Shown here: positions 17,690-26,257 of the stretch, in pieces | Layout of the letters: each line of letters starts with the position of its first letter | How positions within the stretch are numbered: position 1 is the first letter of the stretch | DNA from: a virus | DNA length: 40,311 nucleotides | Direction: 5' to 3' (one strand) | Virus genome (UHGV): UHGV-1329780 | Notes under the pieces: generated by a model | The model's input: only the letters and a program-made list of their open reading frames with translations | Told to the model about the DNA's origin: nothing | Database searches by the model: none | Program-made: the position numbers and the translations under genes

Positions 17690-18162
17690 TCTCCTTTGAT
17701 GCCAATGTTTACAGCCTGGCAAGCTTCTTCGAGTACCCAGTCAACAGCGTCTTTCCACGCACCAGTCCCAACTGACGGATTCTCATTTTTTACCTGCTCA
17801 TAAAAACGCACCGCTTTAACCAGTCCTTCAGGCACTACAGGCGCTGGCAAGGCAGCGTGACAGTAGAGTGGCATAGTTTTGTACAGGGGGGCGCCAGGAC
17901 TTCCGTCAACCTGATTCCATTCTTCAACCCAGGCATCAACAATCGCTTTGCTGGTTGATACATGTTCTTCTGAATCTACATTTTGTCCTGATATACAGAA
18001 CATAACTGGCTCTGCTTCCAGTGATGCGTCCAATACATCAAGCAATGCCAGTACAACCTCCGGCGTAGCCGCAGCATGAAAAGCCTGTAGGTTCTGCCAC
18101 GTCGTCTTCTCCTTCGCGACCTCTGCCGCCTCTCGCAGTGCCTGGTAATTAATTTCGCTCAC
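17686..18162 (-). CDS. Hypothetical protein sharing an N-terminal region with the DUF551 protein
   Basis: 158 aa; shares LEAEPV and ALPAPVVPE motifs with the N-terminus of the 15711-16565 product. Confidence 0.45.
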   Translation of the reverse strand: MSEINYQALREAAEVAKEKTTWQNLQAFHAAATPEVVLALLDVLDASLEAEPVMFCISGQNVDSEEHVSTSKAIVDAWVEEWNQVDGSPGAPLYKTMPLYCHAALPAPVVPEGLVKAVRFYEQVKNENPSVGTGAWKDAVDWVLEEACQAVNIGIKGE

Positions 18163-18764
18163 TGGTTGCCTCCTTTGCGAAGCTGGGCAGCAAAGTCAAC
18201 TAACCACTCAGTCATTTCAACCTTCCCTACCAGGTCTGAACCAGGGTGCATACAGCAATCACTCTGCGCCGCTTTGAAATCCTTATACTCATATTCTTGG
18301 GCCACCAGATTTTTTGCAGCTCCTATAGCAGCATCCACCCCCTGCGCCCGAACTTCAGCCAGGAAAGCGTCGGTGGCTTGGGTTTCGATATCGTTAATTT
18401 CAGGAAGAATCTCTTCCCATGTAGCGATATCGCCATTCAAATGCCATCCGGCAATTCCACTGGAGTTATCCGCAACACTGCGAACGGCTTCAATAGTTTC
18501 ATGCATTGCCGCATTCTCCGCTGCCAGCGCCGAAAACTTCTCGTGTGCCAACTTAACAGCCGCATCAGCCTGCTTAATTGACTCAATCGCTTTCTGCTGG
18601 TCTTCGGCCAGCGCATTAGCACGCACCAGTTGCACTTCCAGTTGCGTTGCCAAATCGCTGATCAGCTTTGCCACACTGCGCATATCAACGGCACCACATT
18701 CTGCTTTCAGTTCCGAAGCCATCTCATGCCCGGCGGCAACTAACCCTTTGATATTACTTTCCAT
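18159..18764 (-). CDS. Ea22-like family protein
   Basis: About 201 aa from ATG 18764; Ala/Glu-rich helical composition and placement typical of lambdoid ea/nin-region proteins. Confidence 0.4.
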   Translation of the reverse strand: MESNIKGLVAAGHEMASELKAECGAVDMRSVAKLISDLATQLEVQLVRANALAEDQQKAIESIKQADAAVKLAHEKFSALAAENAAMHETIEAVRSVADNSSGIAGWHLNGDIATWEEILPEINDIETQATDAFLAEVRAQGVDAAIGAAKNLVAQEYEYKDFKAAQSDCCMHPGSDLVGKVEMTEWLVDFAAQLRKGGNQ

Positions 18765-18825
18765 CTTTACCCTCACTTATCCACATAACTTATTGATTAC
18801 ATTGATAACTAAAAAGATCGTCGAT

Positions 18826-19170
18826 TCAGAACTCTTCGATGTTCCAGCCACCACCTGCTTTCTTTGGTTTAACCGTTACCCCGATGATTCGGAACGGATA
18901 CTGATCTGCGGCGACTTTGGTTTTCACCCTGGCGTCGTCGGTCCAGAAACCTTTCACTTCGTGCAGTTCCATCTCTCCGGTGGCGAGCATCACAGCGAAA
19001 TCTGGCGTATAGAACGTGTTGTCAGCTAACCGCAGCTTGATACCCTCGAATCGATACCAGGCGATTTCCCCTGCACGTTTACGCAGCTCAAGGTGCTGGC
19101 AATACGCAGATTCAGTTTTGTTCATCTGGCCTGTTTTGAGTCGACCAAGAGCCTGTATCTGTTTTCTCAT
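18826..19170 (-). CDS. DUF1064-like phage protein
   Basis: 114 aa; first gene after a promoter/operator region; SD GAGGT lies inside a TTACC-N5-GGTAA dyad 3 nt upstream of the ATG. Confidence 0.4.
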   Translation of the reverse strand: MRKQIQALGRLKTGQMNKTESAYCQHLELRKRAGEIAWYRFEGIKLRLADNTFYTPDFAVMLATGEMELHEVKGFWTDDARVKTKVAADQYPFRIIGVTVKPKKAGGGWNIEEF

Positions 19171-19173
19171 GAT

Positions 19174-19250
19174 TTACCTCTGAGGTAATTAAAAACCACA
19201 TAAGACATGAAATCAATAGAGTTTATAATATTTTGTTACCTAACAGGTAA
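19174..19250 (-). promoter_or_regulatory. Promoter/operator region with two TTACC-N5-GGTAA dyads upstream of the nin-like operon
   Basis: Dyads at 19174-19188 (TTACCTCTGAGGTAA) and 19236-19250 (TTACCTAACAGGTAA) in an AT-rich intergenic gap. Confidence 0.45.
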
Positions 19251-19287
19251 TTATCGAGGCGTAAAAAAATGCGCTATCGCGCTGGTA

Positions 19288-20064
19288 TTACTTGATAAAT
19301 CCTGCCGCCTTTCCCCGCCTGTATTCCTCCATCAGCCACTGCGCCGGTGTTATTCCCCCAAGGGTGGCGGCGTTAGGCATGCACCCGAAACTTCGCCCTG
19401 GTGGATGGTAAACGTCTCTCCCTGTGTCCGGAGGTGTACTCATGGGCTCTGGCTTTGCCTGTATGCTGATCACCGGATCGGGTATCTGCTGTCCGGAAGC
19501 CACCTTTTTCGCCCAATCATCGAGCAGCCTGCGCGCGTGTTTCTCAACCTCACTCTCGCTAAGCTGGCGCTGATACATTGCACGACGGGTATCACATACG
19601 ACCCAGTACATAACCGGATGCCGCCACGGGAATCTTTCGGGACCACCAGGATATAAACTTTTTTCCTTGCTGTACCGGTGAAACTCCGCCATCACATCGT
19701 CAATGGTGACGCCAAGAACCATCTTGCTGTCTTTGCACCACTTGATGAATTGCCCTGGCGACGGCCAGAACGGAGATTCACTGGCGCGGGCGTGGCGCAT
19801 ACCAGCGTTAACCTGTTCCATTGTAGTGATCCCATTCTCCAGAAACGCAAGCATCCATTGCTTACGGAATTCATTAAGTTTGTTCTGCTCCCTTATGGTC
19901 GAAACGCTTGCAGGAAATGCAGCCTGTAACTGGACAAATAGTTCATTGAAAATTCTAGCAACCTGCTCCTTTTTGCCATTGCTGTCACGCCGCTCTTCAT
20001 GCACAGCAACACCATGCTCACGTAAGCGATCGTACTCATTGAGAAGTTCTGGAGTTGATTTCAT
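19288..20064 (-). CDS. Replication protein P-like helicase loader
   Basis: 258 aa; by-eye match to lambda P blocks FPAS, NGITTMEQVNAGMR and PSPGQF; downstream of the O-like gene. Confidence 0.8.
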   Translation of the reverse strand: MKSTPELLNEYDRLREHGVAVHEERRDSNGKKEQVARIFNELFVQLQAAFPASVSTIREQNKLNEFRKQWMLAFLENGITTMEQVNAGMRHARASESPFWPSPGQFIKWCKDSKMVLGVTIDDVMAEFHRYSKEKSLYPGGPERFPWRHPVMYWVVCDTRRAMYQRQLSESEVEKHARRLLDDWAKKVASGQQIPDPVISIQAKPEPMSTPPDTGRDVYHPPGRSFGCMPNAATLGGITPAQWLMEEYRRGKAAGFIK

Positions 20065-20866
20065 CCCACACCCCTTCTATCCAGTCAGTGTTATTCCAGT
20101 CAAGCTCATCGCTTTTCCCGGCATTTTTTGATTTTCCCCTGATATGATTTACGTGCCTGGCGAATTTTTGTTCCCACTGAACCTGCGTGAACACTTTGCC
20201 CTCAGCCATCCAGTAATCCCGGAATGCAGCAAGTTCAGCAGGTGTAAATTCCGGTTCCGGCAGGGCCGTTCCCCACAGCGCAGCACGCCGCCGAAAATCT
20301 GGCGACGGTAGCCAGCCATCTGTCATCGGAAATTTCCCGATGGGTTCACTCAGGCCATCCAGAAATTCAGGTTCTGCCACCTGCAACGGCGTACTGTTCG
20401 CTTCACTGGTCGGAGCACCCTCGCGCACGTGCGCTATGTGTGGGGTTTTATATATATCTTCCTCTTCCTCTTCCTCTGGTAACTCCTTTTGTAACGCTGT
20501 TGGCGTTACTTTTTGCGTTACTCGTTTTCTATGCTCTGCCACTCTTCTATTCGTAAGTGCACGTTTTTTCGATGATTCTCCATTATGTCGCTCAAAGTTT
20601 GGAAGAATTAGTTTGCCGTCATGATAAGCAAGCCATCCGACGCTAATGAGGGCGTCAGCAAATCCTGTAATAAAAGCGAGTCTATCAAGTACTCCTTTTG
20701 TAACGCTGCCAGCGTTACCGTCTATTGTTTGCTGGTCAGCCCATGCCCATATACGAACCAGCTTTCCAAGAACAGCATCTGGATCAATACCCAGAATTTC
20801 TGCTATCTGAAAAATTTCAGGTTTATCAGGAGTGATAACTTCAACCTTAATCCAGCTGCTTGCCAT
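20036..20866 (-). CDS. Replication initiation/organiser protein (O-like) with internal origin-like repeats
   Basis: About 276 aa from ATG 20866 (GAGGGG RBS); acidic Glu6 linker; two DNA-level 27-bp repeats and an AT-rich patch inside the gene; directly upstream of the P-like gene. Confidence 0.5.
   Translation of the reverse strand: MASSWIKVEVITPDKPEIFQIAEILGIDPDAVLGKLVRIWAWADQQTIDGNAGSVTKGVLDRLAFITGFADALISVGWLAYHDGKLILPNFERHNGESSKKRALTNRRVAEHRKRVTQKVTPTALQKELPEEEEEEDIYKTPHIAHVREGAPTSEANSTPLQVAEPEFLDGLSEPIGKFPMTDGWLPSPDFRRRAALWGTALPEPEFTPAELAAFRDYWMAEGKVFTQVQWEQKFARHVNHIRGKSKNAGKSDELDWNNTDWIEGVWDEINSRTSQ
20483..20738 (-). repeat. Candidate replication origin: two 27-bp iteron-like repeats plus AT-rich segment inside the O-like gene
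   Basis: CTCCTTTTGTAACGCTGTTGGCGTTAC at 20483-20509 and CTCCTTTTGTAACGCTGCCAGCGTTAC at 20712-20738, each with dyad arms GTAACGC/GCGTTAC; extra GCGTTAC half-site at 20515-20521; AT-rich TTTTATATATATC and (CTC)n tract at 20446-20478. The repeats are translated in different frames. Confidence 0.5.
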
Positions 20867-21059
20867 AGGTTTCCCCTCTTGCACTCTTTAGTGCACAAGC
20901 AAATTCATTACGATGGCGGTTGGCGCTATTCATTGCACATTCAACACATGTTCCGTTCAGAACATACCTTTCAGAGAGATGGCCGTGACGGCACCGCTTT
21001 CCTGTGAAATAGCGATTTAACCCGGCTTTTGCGGCCTCCATTCTGGTTACTATCTTCAA
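20847..21059 (-). CDS. Small Cys-containing (zinc-ribbon-like) protein
   Basis: 70 aa from a TTG start at 21059 with an AAAGGGG SD; CRHGH...CVEC pattern; between the cro-like and O-like genes. Confidence 0.4.
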   Translation of the reverse strand: MKIVTRMEAAKAGLNRYFTGKRCRHGHLSERYVLNGTCVECAMNSANRHRNEFACALKSARGETYGKQLD

Positions 21060-21207
21060 TTTTTCCGCCCCTTTTTGTTATTGATATTGGCTATTTTGCA
21101 CAATTGGAAAATTTGATCAACCAGATTTGGTTTTTTATTACCCTTAAGGTGCGAATAGATATGAAAAGACCGCCGGATGGCGGTCTACAGAGGGTTGTGG
21201 CTGGATA

Positions 21208-21438
21208 TCATGAGTAGAAGAAGTATGCCAGTTCTGCTTTTGAGCGCAGCCATTGTCTTGTTTTACAGGCTTTAAAAAGCCCATTCATCAATACTTTACC
21301 TGGCATTTTGCGCTTGCCTGTTAAGTGAGTCTGGATATAGTGACTCGTCGTTCCGGCTTCCTGTGCGAAGGCTTCACGCTCATCCGGAGTAAGTGCAAGC
21401 CAGTGCTTTTTGAAATCGAAATGTCCGTTATCGCTCAT
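21208..21438 (-). CDS. Cro/CII-like small HTH regulator
   Basis: 76 aa; helix-turn-helix-like segment; first gene leftward of the divergent operator region. Confidence 0.5.
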   Translation of the reverse strand: MSDNGHFDFKKHWLALTPDEREAFAQEAGTTSHYIQTHLTGKRKMPGKVLMNGLFKACKTRQWLRSKAELAYFFYS

Positions 21439-21474
21439 AGCTATTGCCTGATATTTATTTCAGATAATAAATAT

Positions 21475-21537
21475 TCACCCATAAGGTAACAAAAATCAAG
21501 GATAGTTACCTATGAGGTGCATTTACCTGTTGGGTAA
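21475..21537. promoter_or_regulatory. oR-like operator cluster: three TTACC-N5-GGTAA-type dyads in the divergent intergenic region
   Basis: 21475-21489 TCACCCATAAGGTAA (variant), 21506-21520 TTACCTATGAGGTGC (variant), 21523-21537 TTACCTGTTGGGTAA (full), between the minus-strand cro-like gene and the plus-strand repressor gene. Confidence 0.55.
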
Positions 21538-21592
21538 TATTGCTTTAAATTGAATCATCTACTGATTCATATATGAGGCGATTTTCCAGAAA

Positions 21593-22177
21593 ATGAAAAG
21601 TATCCAGGACGTCCGCAGGCAAAATCTCAACGACTTGATCGACCGTGAATTCAATGGTGTTCAGACGCGGATGGCAGAAAAACTTGGAACTCAGGCAAAT
21701 CTGGTAAACCGCTGGGCTCTTGGCAAGAAGGTTATCGGCGACCAGGTTGCACGAAAAATTGAAGCTGCCGCCAATAAACCCCGTAACTGGCTTGATATTG
21801 ATCGTTCGCTTTCTCAGGAGGGTTTTCAGCCTGTCGGCCCGAGCGATATAGGTCAGCTGGCGGCTCACAACCTGGAACGCTGGATGAGCGAAAGCCGCGA
21901 CCTTTCAACACAGGGAAAACTTCACCGCGCATCCGGCGTCGCCCAGGTGACAATCAGCCGCCTGTTAAACAATGAGGTCAGCGTTTCCATTTCCACCCTG
22001 GAGAATGTTGCATCCGCATTCGGGCGTCACGGATATGAACTACTGATTCACCCGCACGACCCTGCGACTATCAACTATGACCGCTCACGCTACGCATTGT
22101 TACCCGAAACCGAGAAAGCAAAGATCGAAAGTTACATTGAATTTGTCATCAACCAGAACGAAAAAAGCAAACAATAA
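21593..22177 (+). CDS. CI-like prophage repressor with two HTH domains and no S24 peptidase domain
   Basis: 194 aa; HTH-like segments (MAEKLGTQANLVNRWALGK and ASGVAQVTISRLLNNEVSVSISTLENVASAFG); no Ser/Lys autocleavage module evident; divergent from the cro-like gene and followed by a strong terminator. Confidence 0.6.
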   Translation: MKSIQDVRRQNLNDLIDREFNGVQTRMAEKLGTQANLVNRWALGKKVIGDQVARKIEAAANKPRNWLDIDRSLSQEGFQPVGPSDIGQLAAHNLERWMSESRDLSTQGKLHRASGVAQVTISRLLNNEVSVSISTLENVASAFGRHGYELLIHPHDPATINYDRSRYALLPETEKAKIESYIEFVINQNEKSKQ

Positions 22178-22199
22178 AACTATAGTTTTCAGTAAGTAA

Positions 22200-22221
22200 G
22201 CCGCCTCATGGCGGCTTTTTT
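22200..22221 (+). terminator. Intrinsic terminator after the repressor gene
   Basis: GCCGCC-TCAT-GGCGGC hairpin followed by TTTTTT. Confidence 0.75.
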
Positions 22222-22234
22222 ATTGCCAGATAGA

Positions 22235-22311
22235 TTACCTTACGGGTAATTTTTTTAACTCATATCTATTGACACCAAACCAAATAAGCATAATTATTAC
22301 CCCAACGGTAA
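22235..22311 (+). promoter_or_regulatory. pL-like promoter with two flanking TTACC-N5-GGTAA operators
   Basis: -35 TTGACA at 22269-22274, -10-like AATTAT 17 nt downstream; dyads at 22235-22249 (TTACCTTACGGGTAA) and 22297-22311 (TTACCCCAACGGTAA). Confidence 0.55.
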
Positions 22312-22330
22312 CAGACCGAGGTAACAAGTT

Positions 22331-22483
22331 ATGCAGTGGAAAATCATCAACGGTTGGTACTGCGTTACTGCATGCGGATTCATGAGCTGGAAGTTCCGCA
22401 CCTTACAGGAAGGCATTAAGTGGGCTTTCGTCAGCAAAGAAGCTCGCGATGTAGCCAACGATAACGAGATATGGGAGGGCTGA
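22331..22483 (+). CDS. Small protein, first gene of the early-left operon
   Basis: 50 aa (below the ORF-track cutoff); GAGG RBS; stop TGA at 22481-22483, 2 nt before the next start. Confidence 0.35.
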   Translation: MQWKIINGWYCVTACGFMSWKFRTLQEGIKWAFVSKEARDVANDNEIWEG

Positions 22484-22485
22484 TA

Positions 22486-22785
22486 ATGAACGTTAATCAG
22501 CAGAAAAATCTTCAAAAAATCATGCTGGCATTCGACAAGGACTACCGCCTGTCAGAACAGCTATATGACCGACAAGTTGAACTGATTGAGAGCATCCGAC
22601 TTCATCAACTGTCCTCAACTTTCGACGTTGTAACAGGCAAAGGCGTTCGTCAGGAAGTGCTGGAGGCTGCTAAAGACAGCCCTGAGTTCGAAGAACTGAT
22701 GGATGCCTACCGGCGCGAGGCAATGGCAATTATAGCGCGCTGGGATCTGGCGGATCAGCTTGATGGGCAGAGGGACGCGGCATGA
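22486..22785 (+). CDS. Hypothetical early protein
   Basis: 99 aa from ATG 22486; ATGA overlap with the downstream exonuclease gene. Confidence 0.45.
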   Translation: MNVNQQKNLQKIMLAFDKDYRLSEQLYDRQVELIESIRLHQLSSTFDVVTGKGVRQEVLEAAKDSPEFEELMDAYRREAMAIIARWDLADQLDGQRDAA

Positions 22786-23681
22786 TGCGGAACGCTGGAA
22801 TCATGGATAGAACAAAATACATCGGAGGAAGCGATGTTGCAGGGATTCTTGGAATTAGCCCATGGCGCACCCCGCTTGAGGTTTATCTGGATAAGGTCCA
22901 GCCACGTGTCAAACCAGTAGACCCAAGCAAGCAGAAAGTTTTCACGCGTGGCCAGCGTATGGAGCCATACGTAATAGACCTGCTTTCTGAGGAAACAGGG
23001 ATGGAAATCGTTCATCGCGGAAACCGCTATATCCACCGTGATTACGATTTTATTGCAGCTGAGATCGATGCAGAAGCAGCGTCAGGCGAGAACATTGAGA
23101 TCAAAACAGTTAGTCCGTTCAAAGCCAAAGAATGGGGAGAAATCCAGACAGATGCAATTCCTGTGCATTACACGGCCCAGGCCATGCACGGGTTGATGGT
23201 TACAAACAAACAGGTATGCGTTTTCGGTGTGCTTATCGGTGGCGACGACTTCCGAATCTATCGGGTTGAGCGTGATGAAGAAACTATCCAGGCGATCTTA
23301 GAAAAAGAAATCGCTTTCTGGGACCGAGTGAAAAATCTTAACCCGCCGGAAGCTACCAGCGTAAGCGATGTATCGCTGATGTTTGAGAAAGATGCCGGGA
23401 CAAGTATCGAGGCTGACGGAAAGGCACTCGCACTATTCAACGATCTACGAGACATGAAATCACGCAGAAAATCACTGGAAGAAGAAATAGCTATATCAGA
23501 AGAGAAGCTGAAGATGTACATGCAAGAGCACTCAGTCCTGACCCTGGACGGAAAGCCGCTCTGCACATGGAAATCTCAGATCAGCAACAGATTCGACCAG
23601 AAGCTATTCCAGTCAGTACACCCTGAGTTATTCGAAAAATTCAAAACAACAACGACACAACGCGTCTTCAGAATGAAGTAA
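22782..23681 (+). CDS. YqaJ-type viral recombinase exonuclease
   Basis: 299 aa; N-terminal YIGGSDVAGILGISPWRTPLEVY is characteristic of the YqaJ/lambda-Exo-like family; immediately upstream of RecT. Confidence 0.75.
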   Translation: MMRNAGIMDRTKYIGGSDVAGILGISPWRTPLEVYLDKVQPRVKPVDPSKQKVFTRGQRMEPYVIDLLSEETGMEIVHRGNRYIHRDYDFIAAEIDAEAASGENIEIKTVSPFKAKEWGEIQTDAIPVHYTAQAMHGLMVTNKQVCVFGVLIGGDDFRIYRVERDEETIQAILEKEIAFWDRVKNLNPPEATSVSDVSLMFEKDAGTSIEADGKALALFNDLRDMKSRRKSLEEEIAISEEKLKMYMQEHSVLTLDGKPLCTWKSQISNRFDQKLFQSVHPELFEKFKTTTTQRVFRMK

Positions 23682-23690
23682 GGAGAAAAA

Positions 23691-24713
23691 ATGTCTATCA
23701 ATGCACTTAAGGCAGCGGCTACCGGTAACCAAGTTGCACATCATAATGAGAAACCAACAACTCTGGCCGGACTTCTGGCAGACCCAAAAATTAAAGCTCA
23801 GATGGCTTTGGCACTTCCAAAGCACATGACAGCAGACCGTCTGGCGCGCATAGCAACCACAGAGATCAGAAAGGTTCCAAAACTTGCATCATGCGACCAA
23901 GCCAGCTTCCTGGGGGCAATTATGCAATGTGCCCAATTGGGTCTTGAACCAGGCGGAGCTCTTGGACACGCTTACCTGATACCGTTCGACAAACGCCAGA
24001 AAGTAAATGGAAGATGGGAAACCGTATCTACAGAAGCACAGCTGATTATCGGCTATCGCGGAATGATTGACCTTGCCCGCCGCTCTGGGCAGATCCTGAG
24101 TATCTCGGCTCGTACCGTACATACAAACGACAAATTCAGCTACTCATACGGCCTGGAAGAAACGCTCGAGCATTTACCTTGCGAAACAGGTGACCGCGGA
24201 GAATTAACGCACGTTTACGCCGTTGCACGACTGAAAGATGGCGGAGTCCAATTTGAAGTTATGAGCCGGGCAGACGTTGAGAAAGTTCGTGCACTGAGCA
24301 AAGCCGGTAGCAGTGGCCCATGGGTTGATCACTTCGATGAGATGGCTAAAAAAACAGTAATTCGCCGACTGTTCAAATATCTTCCTGTTTCTATTGAAAT
24401 GCAGAAGGCTGTTGTTATGGATGAGCGCGCTGAAGCTGGACTTAGCCAAGATAACGCAGCTGTTATCACTGGTGAATATTCCGTAGTTGACGATGAGCGT
24501 CAACACCTGTCGCCAATTTCAGATTCAGAACGAGAAGAAGCTCGAGAATATATCATCGCGATACTTAATAGCCTGGATCCATCTGCTGAAGATGCAAAAA
24601 CGATGTTCAAGCGCGCTGAAAATGAAATTAACACCATGGCTGAAAAGCTCGGTGATGAATATCACCAAAAATTCATGATGACGCTTAACGATATGCGTCC
24701 AGAATTCGAGTAA
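23691..24713 (+). CDS. recT: RecT-family single-strand annealing protein
   Basis: 340 aa; AAGGAG RBS; RecT-like core (GLEPGGALGHAYLIPF, IGYRGMIDLARRSG); paired with the YqaJ exonuclease. Confidence 0.8.
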   Translation: MSINALKAAATGNQVAHHNEKPTTLAGLLADPKIKAQMALALPKHMTADRLARIATTEIRKVPKLASCDQASFLGAIMQCAQLGLEPGGALGHAYLIPFDKRQKVNGRWETVSTEAQLIIGYRGMIDLARRSGQILSISARTVHTNDKFSYSYGLEETLEHLPCETGDRGELTHVYAVARLKDGGVQFEVMSRADVEKVRALSKAGSSGPWVDHFDEMAKKTVIRRLFKYLPVSIEMQKAVVMDERAEAGLSQDNAAVITGEYSVVDDERQHLSPISDSEREEAREYIIAILNSLDPSAEDAKTMFKRAENEINTMAEKLGDEYHQKFMMTLNDMRPEFE

Positions 24714-24762
24714 CCACCACCGCGGCGCCACGTGCGCCGCACTGCAACCAAGAGAGGTATTC

Positions 24763-25011
24763 ATGAAAGGTGCATTAGGTAAGAAAGAACTCCTGGCGGT
24801 GGTGCCACTGTCATGGAGCACTATCGACCGTATGGAGCGCGCAGGGGAATTTCCTAAACGCTGGTATATCACCGATAAACGCTGCGCATGGAACCGTGAT
24901 GAAGTTGAGCGTTGGCTTGATGAACGTCAGGCAGCAAGCCCGGCAGAGTTCCAGGGTAAAAAGCCTCCTGTTCAGCAACGTGTATATCGTCCCGTGAGCA
25001 ACGCTGCATGA
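24763..25011 (+). CDS. AlpA-like DNA-binding protein (candidate excisionase/regulator)
   Basis: 82 aa; LSWSTIDRMERAGEFPKRWYITDKRCAWNRDEVERWL resembles the AlpA phage regulatory HTH pattern. Confidence 0.55.
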   Translation: MKGALGKKELLAVVPLSWSTIDRMERAGEFPKRWYITDKRCAWNRDEVERWLDERQAASPAEFQGKKPPVQQRVYRPVSNAA

Positions 25012-25120
25012 GTGCGCTGCTAAGGCACTGGAGCAAATGGTCAGGATGGTACTTATTCCTGGCCTCTGTTTCAGCATGGCTTTATCTGCTGGCATTAATT
25101 TTCAGAGAGGGTTGGATTAA

Positions 25121-25420
25121 GTGAGAAAGTTAAGCCGACTTGAAAAATATCACATGAATAAGGTTTCAATGCGCAGTCCGTCAAAGATTGTCGCCGTTAC
25201 TCCTGCGGCGATAGAGATCGAAAAACGCGCGATTGAAAGAGAGAAAAAAGGGCAATTCCGCATTGCCGCTCACCTTTGGCTTCAGTGTATGGATGTTGCT
25301 TCTGGTGATGTTGAACGTGCAAGGATCGCGGTTCGCAGGGACCAATGTATCACAAAAGGTAACGGCCTTCGCCGTGGCGACTATAGCGGCATAGGATGTT
25401 GTGGGGTGGTTTATGACTAA
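25121..25420 (+). CDS. Hypothetical small protein (possibly PerC-like regulator)
   Basis: 99 aa, GTG start with GAGGG RBS; the PerC-like assignment is a weak guess by eye only. Confidence 0.35.
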   Translation: MRKLSRLEKYHMNKVSMRSPSKIVAVTPAAIEIEKRAIEREKKGQFRIAAHLWLQCMDVASGDVERARIAVRRDQCITKGNGLRRGDYSGIGCCGVVYD

Positions 25421-26063
25421 GAAATACACACTAATCTATGCAGATCCACCCTGGGTATACCGGGACAAAGCCGCAGATGGTAATCGCGGTGCCGGTTTTA
25501 AATATCCGGTTATGAGTGTGCTGGATATCTGCCGCCTTCCTGTGTGGGATTTGGCCGATGAAAACTGTCTGTTGGCCATGTGGTGGGTGCCAACACAACC
25601 ACTCGAAGCACTAAAAGTTGTTGAAGCCTGGGGATTCCGTCTGATGACGATGAAGGGCTTCACGTGGATAAAATGTGGTAGTCGACAACCAGATAAACTG
25701 GTTATGGGTATGGGACACATGACTCGCGCCAATAGTGAAGATTGCCTGTTTGCGGTAAAGGGAAAACTACCTACGCGCATTAATGCAGGGATCGTTCAGT
25801 CATTTACCGCACCGCGGCTTGAGCATTCAAGAAAGCCAGATATCGTTCGTGAAAAACTTGTGCAATTATTAGGCGATGTTTCTCGCATTGAACTGTTCGC
25901 CCGCCAGACGTCTCATGGCTTCGATGTTTGGGGTAATCAGTGCGAAGACCCGGCAGTGCAACTACACCCTGGATACGCGTTGGATATTGGCGGATTAACA
26001 AATGCATTCAGCAATGCTCCGCTGTCACCAACAGACATCCAGGGGCGGGAGCGTGCTGCATGA
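25413..26063 (+). CDS. MT-A70 family DNA N6-adenine methyltransferase
   Basis: About 216 aa from ATG 25413; catalytic LIYADPPW motif near the N-terminus; no adjacent restriction or specificity gene. Confidence 0.75.
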   Translation: MTKKYTLIYADPPWVYRDKAADGNRGAGFKYPVMSVLDICRLPVWDLADENCLLAMWWVPTQPLEALKVVEAWGFRLMTMKGFTWIKCGSRQPDKLVMGMGHMTRANSEDCLFAVKGKLPTRINAGIVQSFTAPRLEHSRKPDIVREKLVQLLGDVSRIELFARQTSHGFDVWGNQCEDPAVQLHPGYALDIGGLTNAFSNAPLSPTDIQGRERAA

Positions 26064-26254
26064 ACAGGGCATCACCAGCAGATTTAAGAAAATGCCTTGA
26101 AACTGCAAACATGCTTGCACACAGCGGGATCAGGTTTGTTCCAATTCCCGCTGTCACTGATGCTGAATTTGCAACACTGTCAGCAATATTCGAAAACAAA
26201 ATTGAATCACTGGCAGCAGAAGCAGAGATGGAAGAAAATCAGCAGAACTATTAA
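26060..26254 (+). CDS. Small hypothetical protein, last gene of the early-left operon
   Basis: 64 aa; ATGA overlap with the methyltransferase stop; ends 4 nt before the convergent integrase stop. Confidence 0.4.
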   Translation: MNRASPADLRKCLETANMLAHSGIRFVPIPAVTDAEFATLSAIFENKIESLAAEAEMEENQQNY

Positions 26255-26257
26255 ACG

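Noticed and set aside
20460-20478. (CTC)n trinucleotide tract as an independent repeat element
   Set aside because: It encodes the Glu6 acidic linker of the O-like protein, so it is best treated as part of the gene and origin region.
21593-22177. Repressor as a LexA-like autocleavable (S24 peptidase) protein
   Set aside because: No Ala-Gly/Cys-Gly cleavage-site context or Ser-Lys dyad region is visible in the C-terminal half. Two HTH-like segments fill the protein instead.
25121-25420. Confident PerC-family regulator assignment
   Set aside because: Based only on a vague compositional impression; kept as hypothetical.
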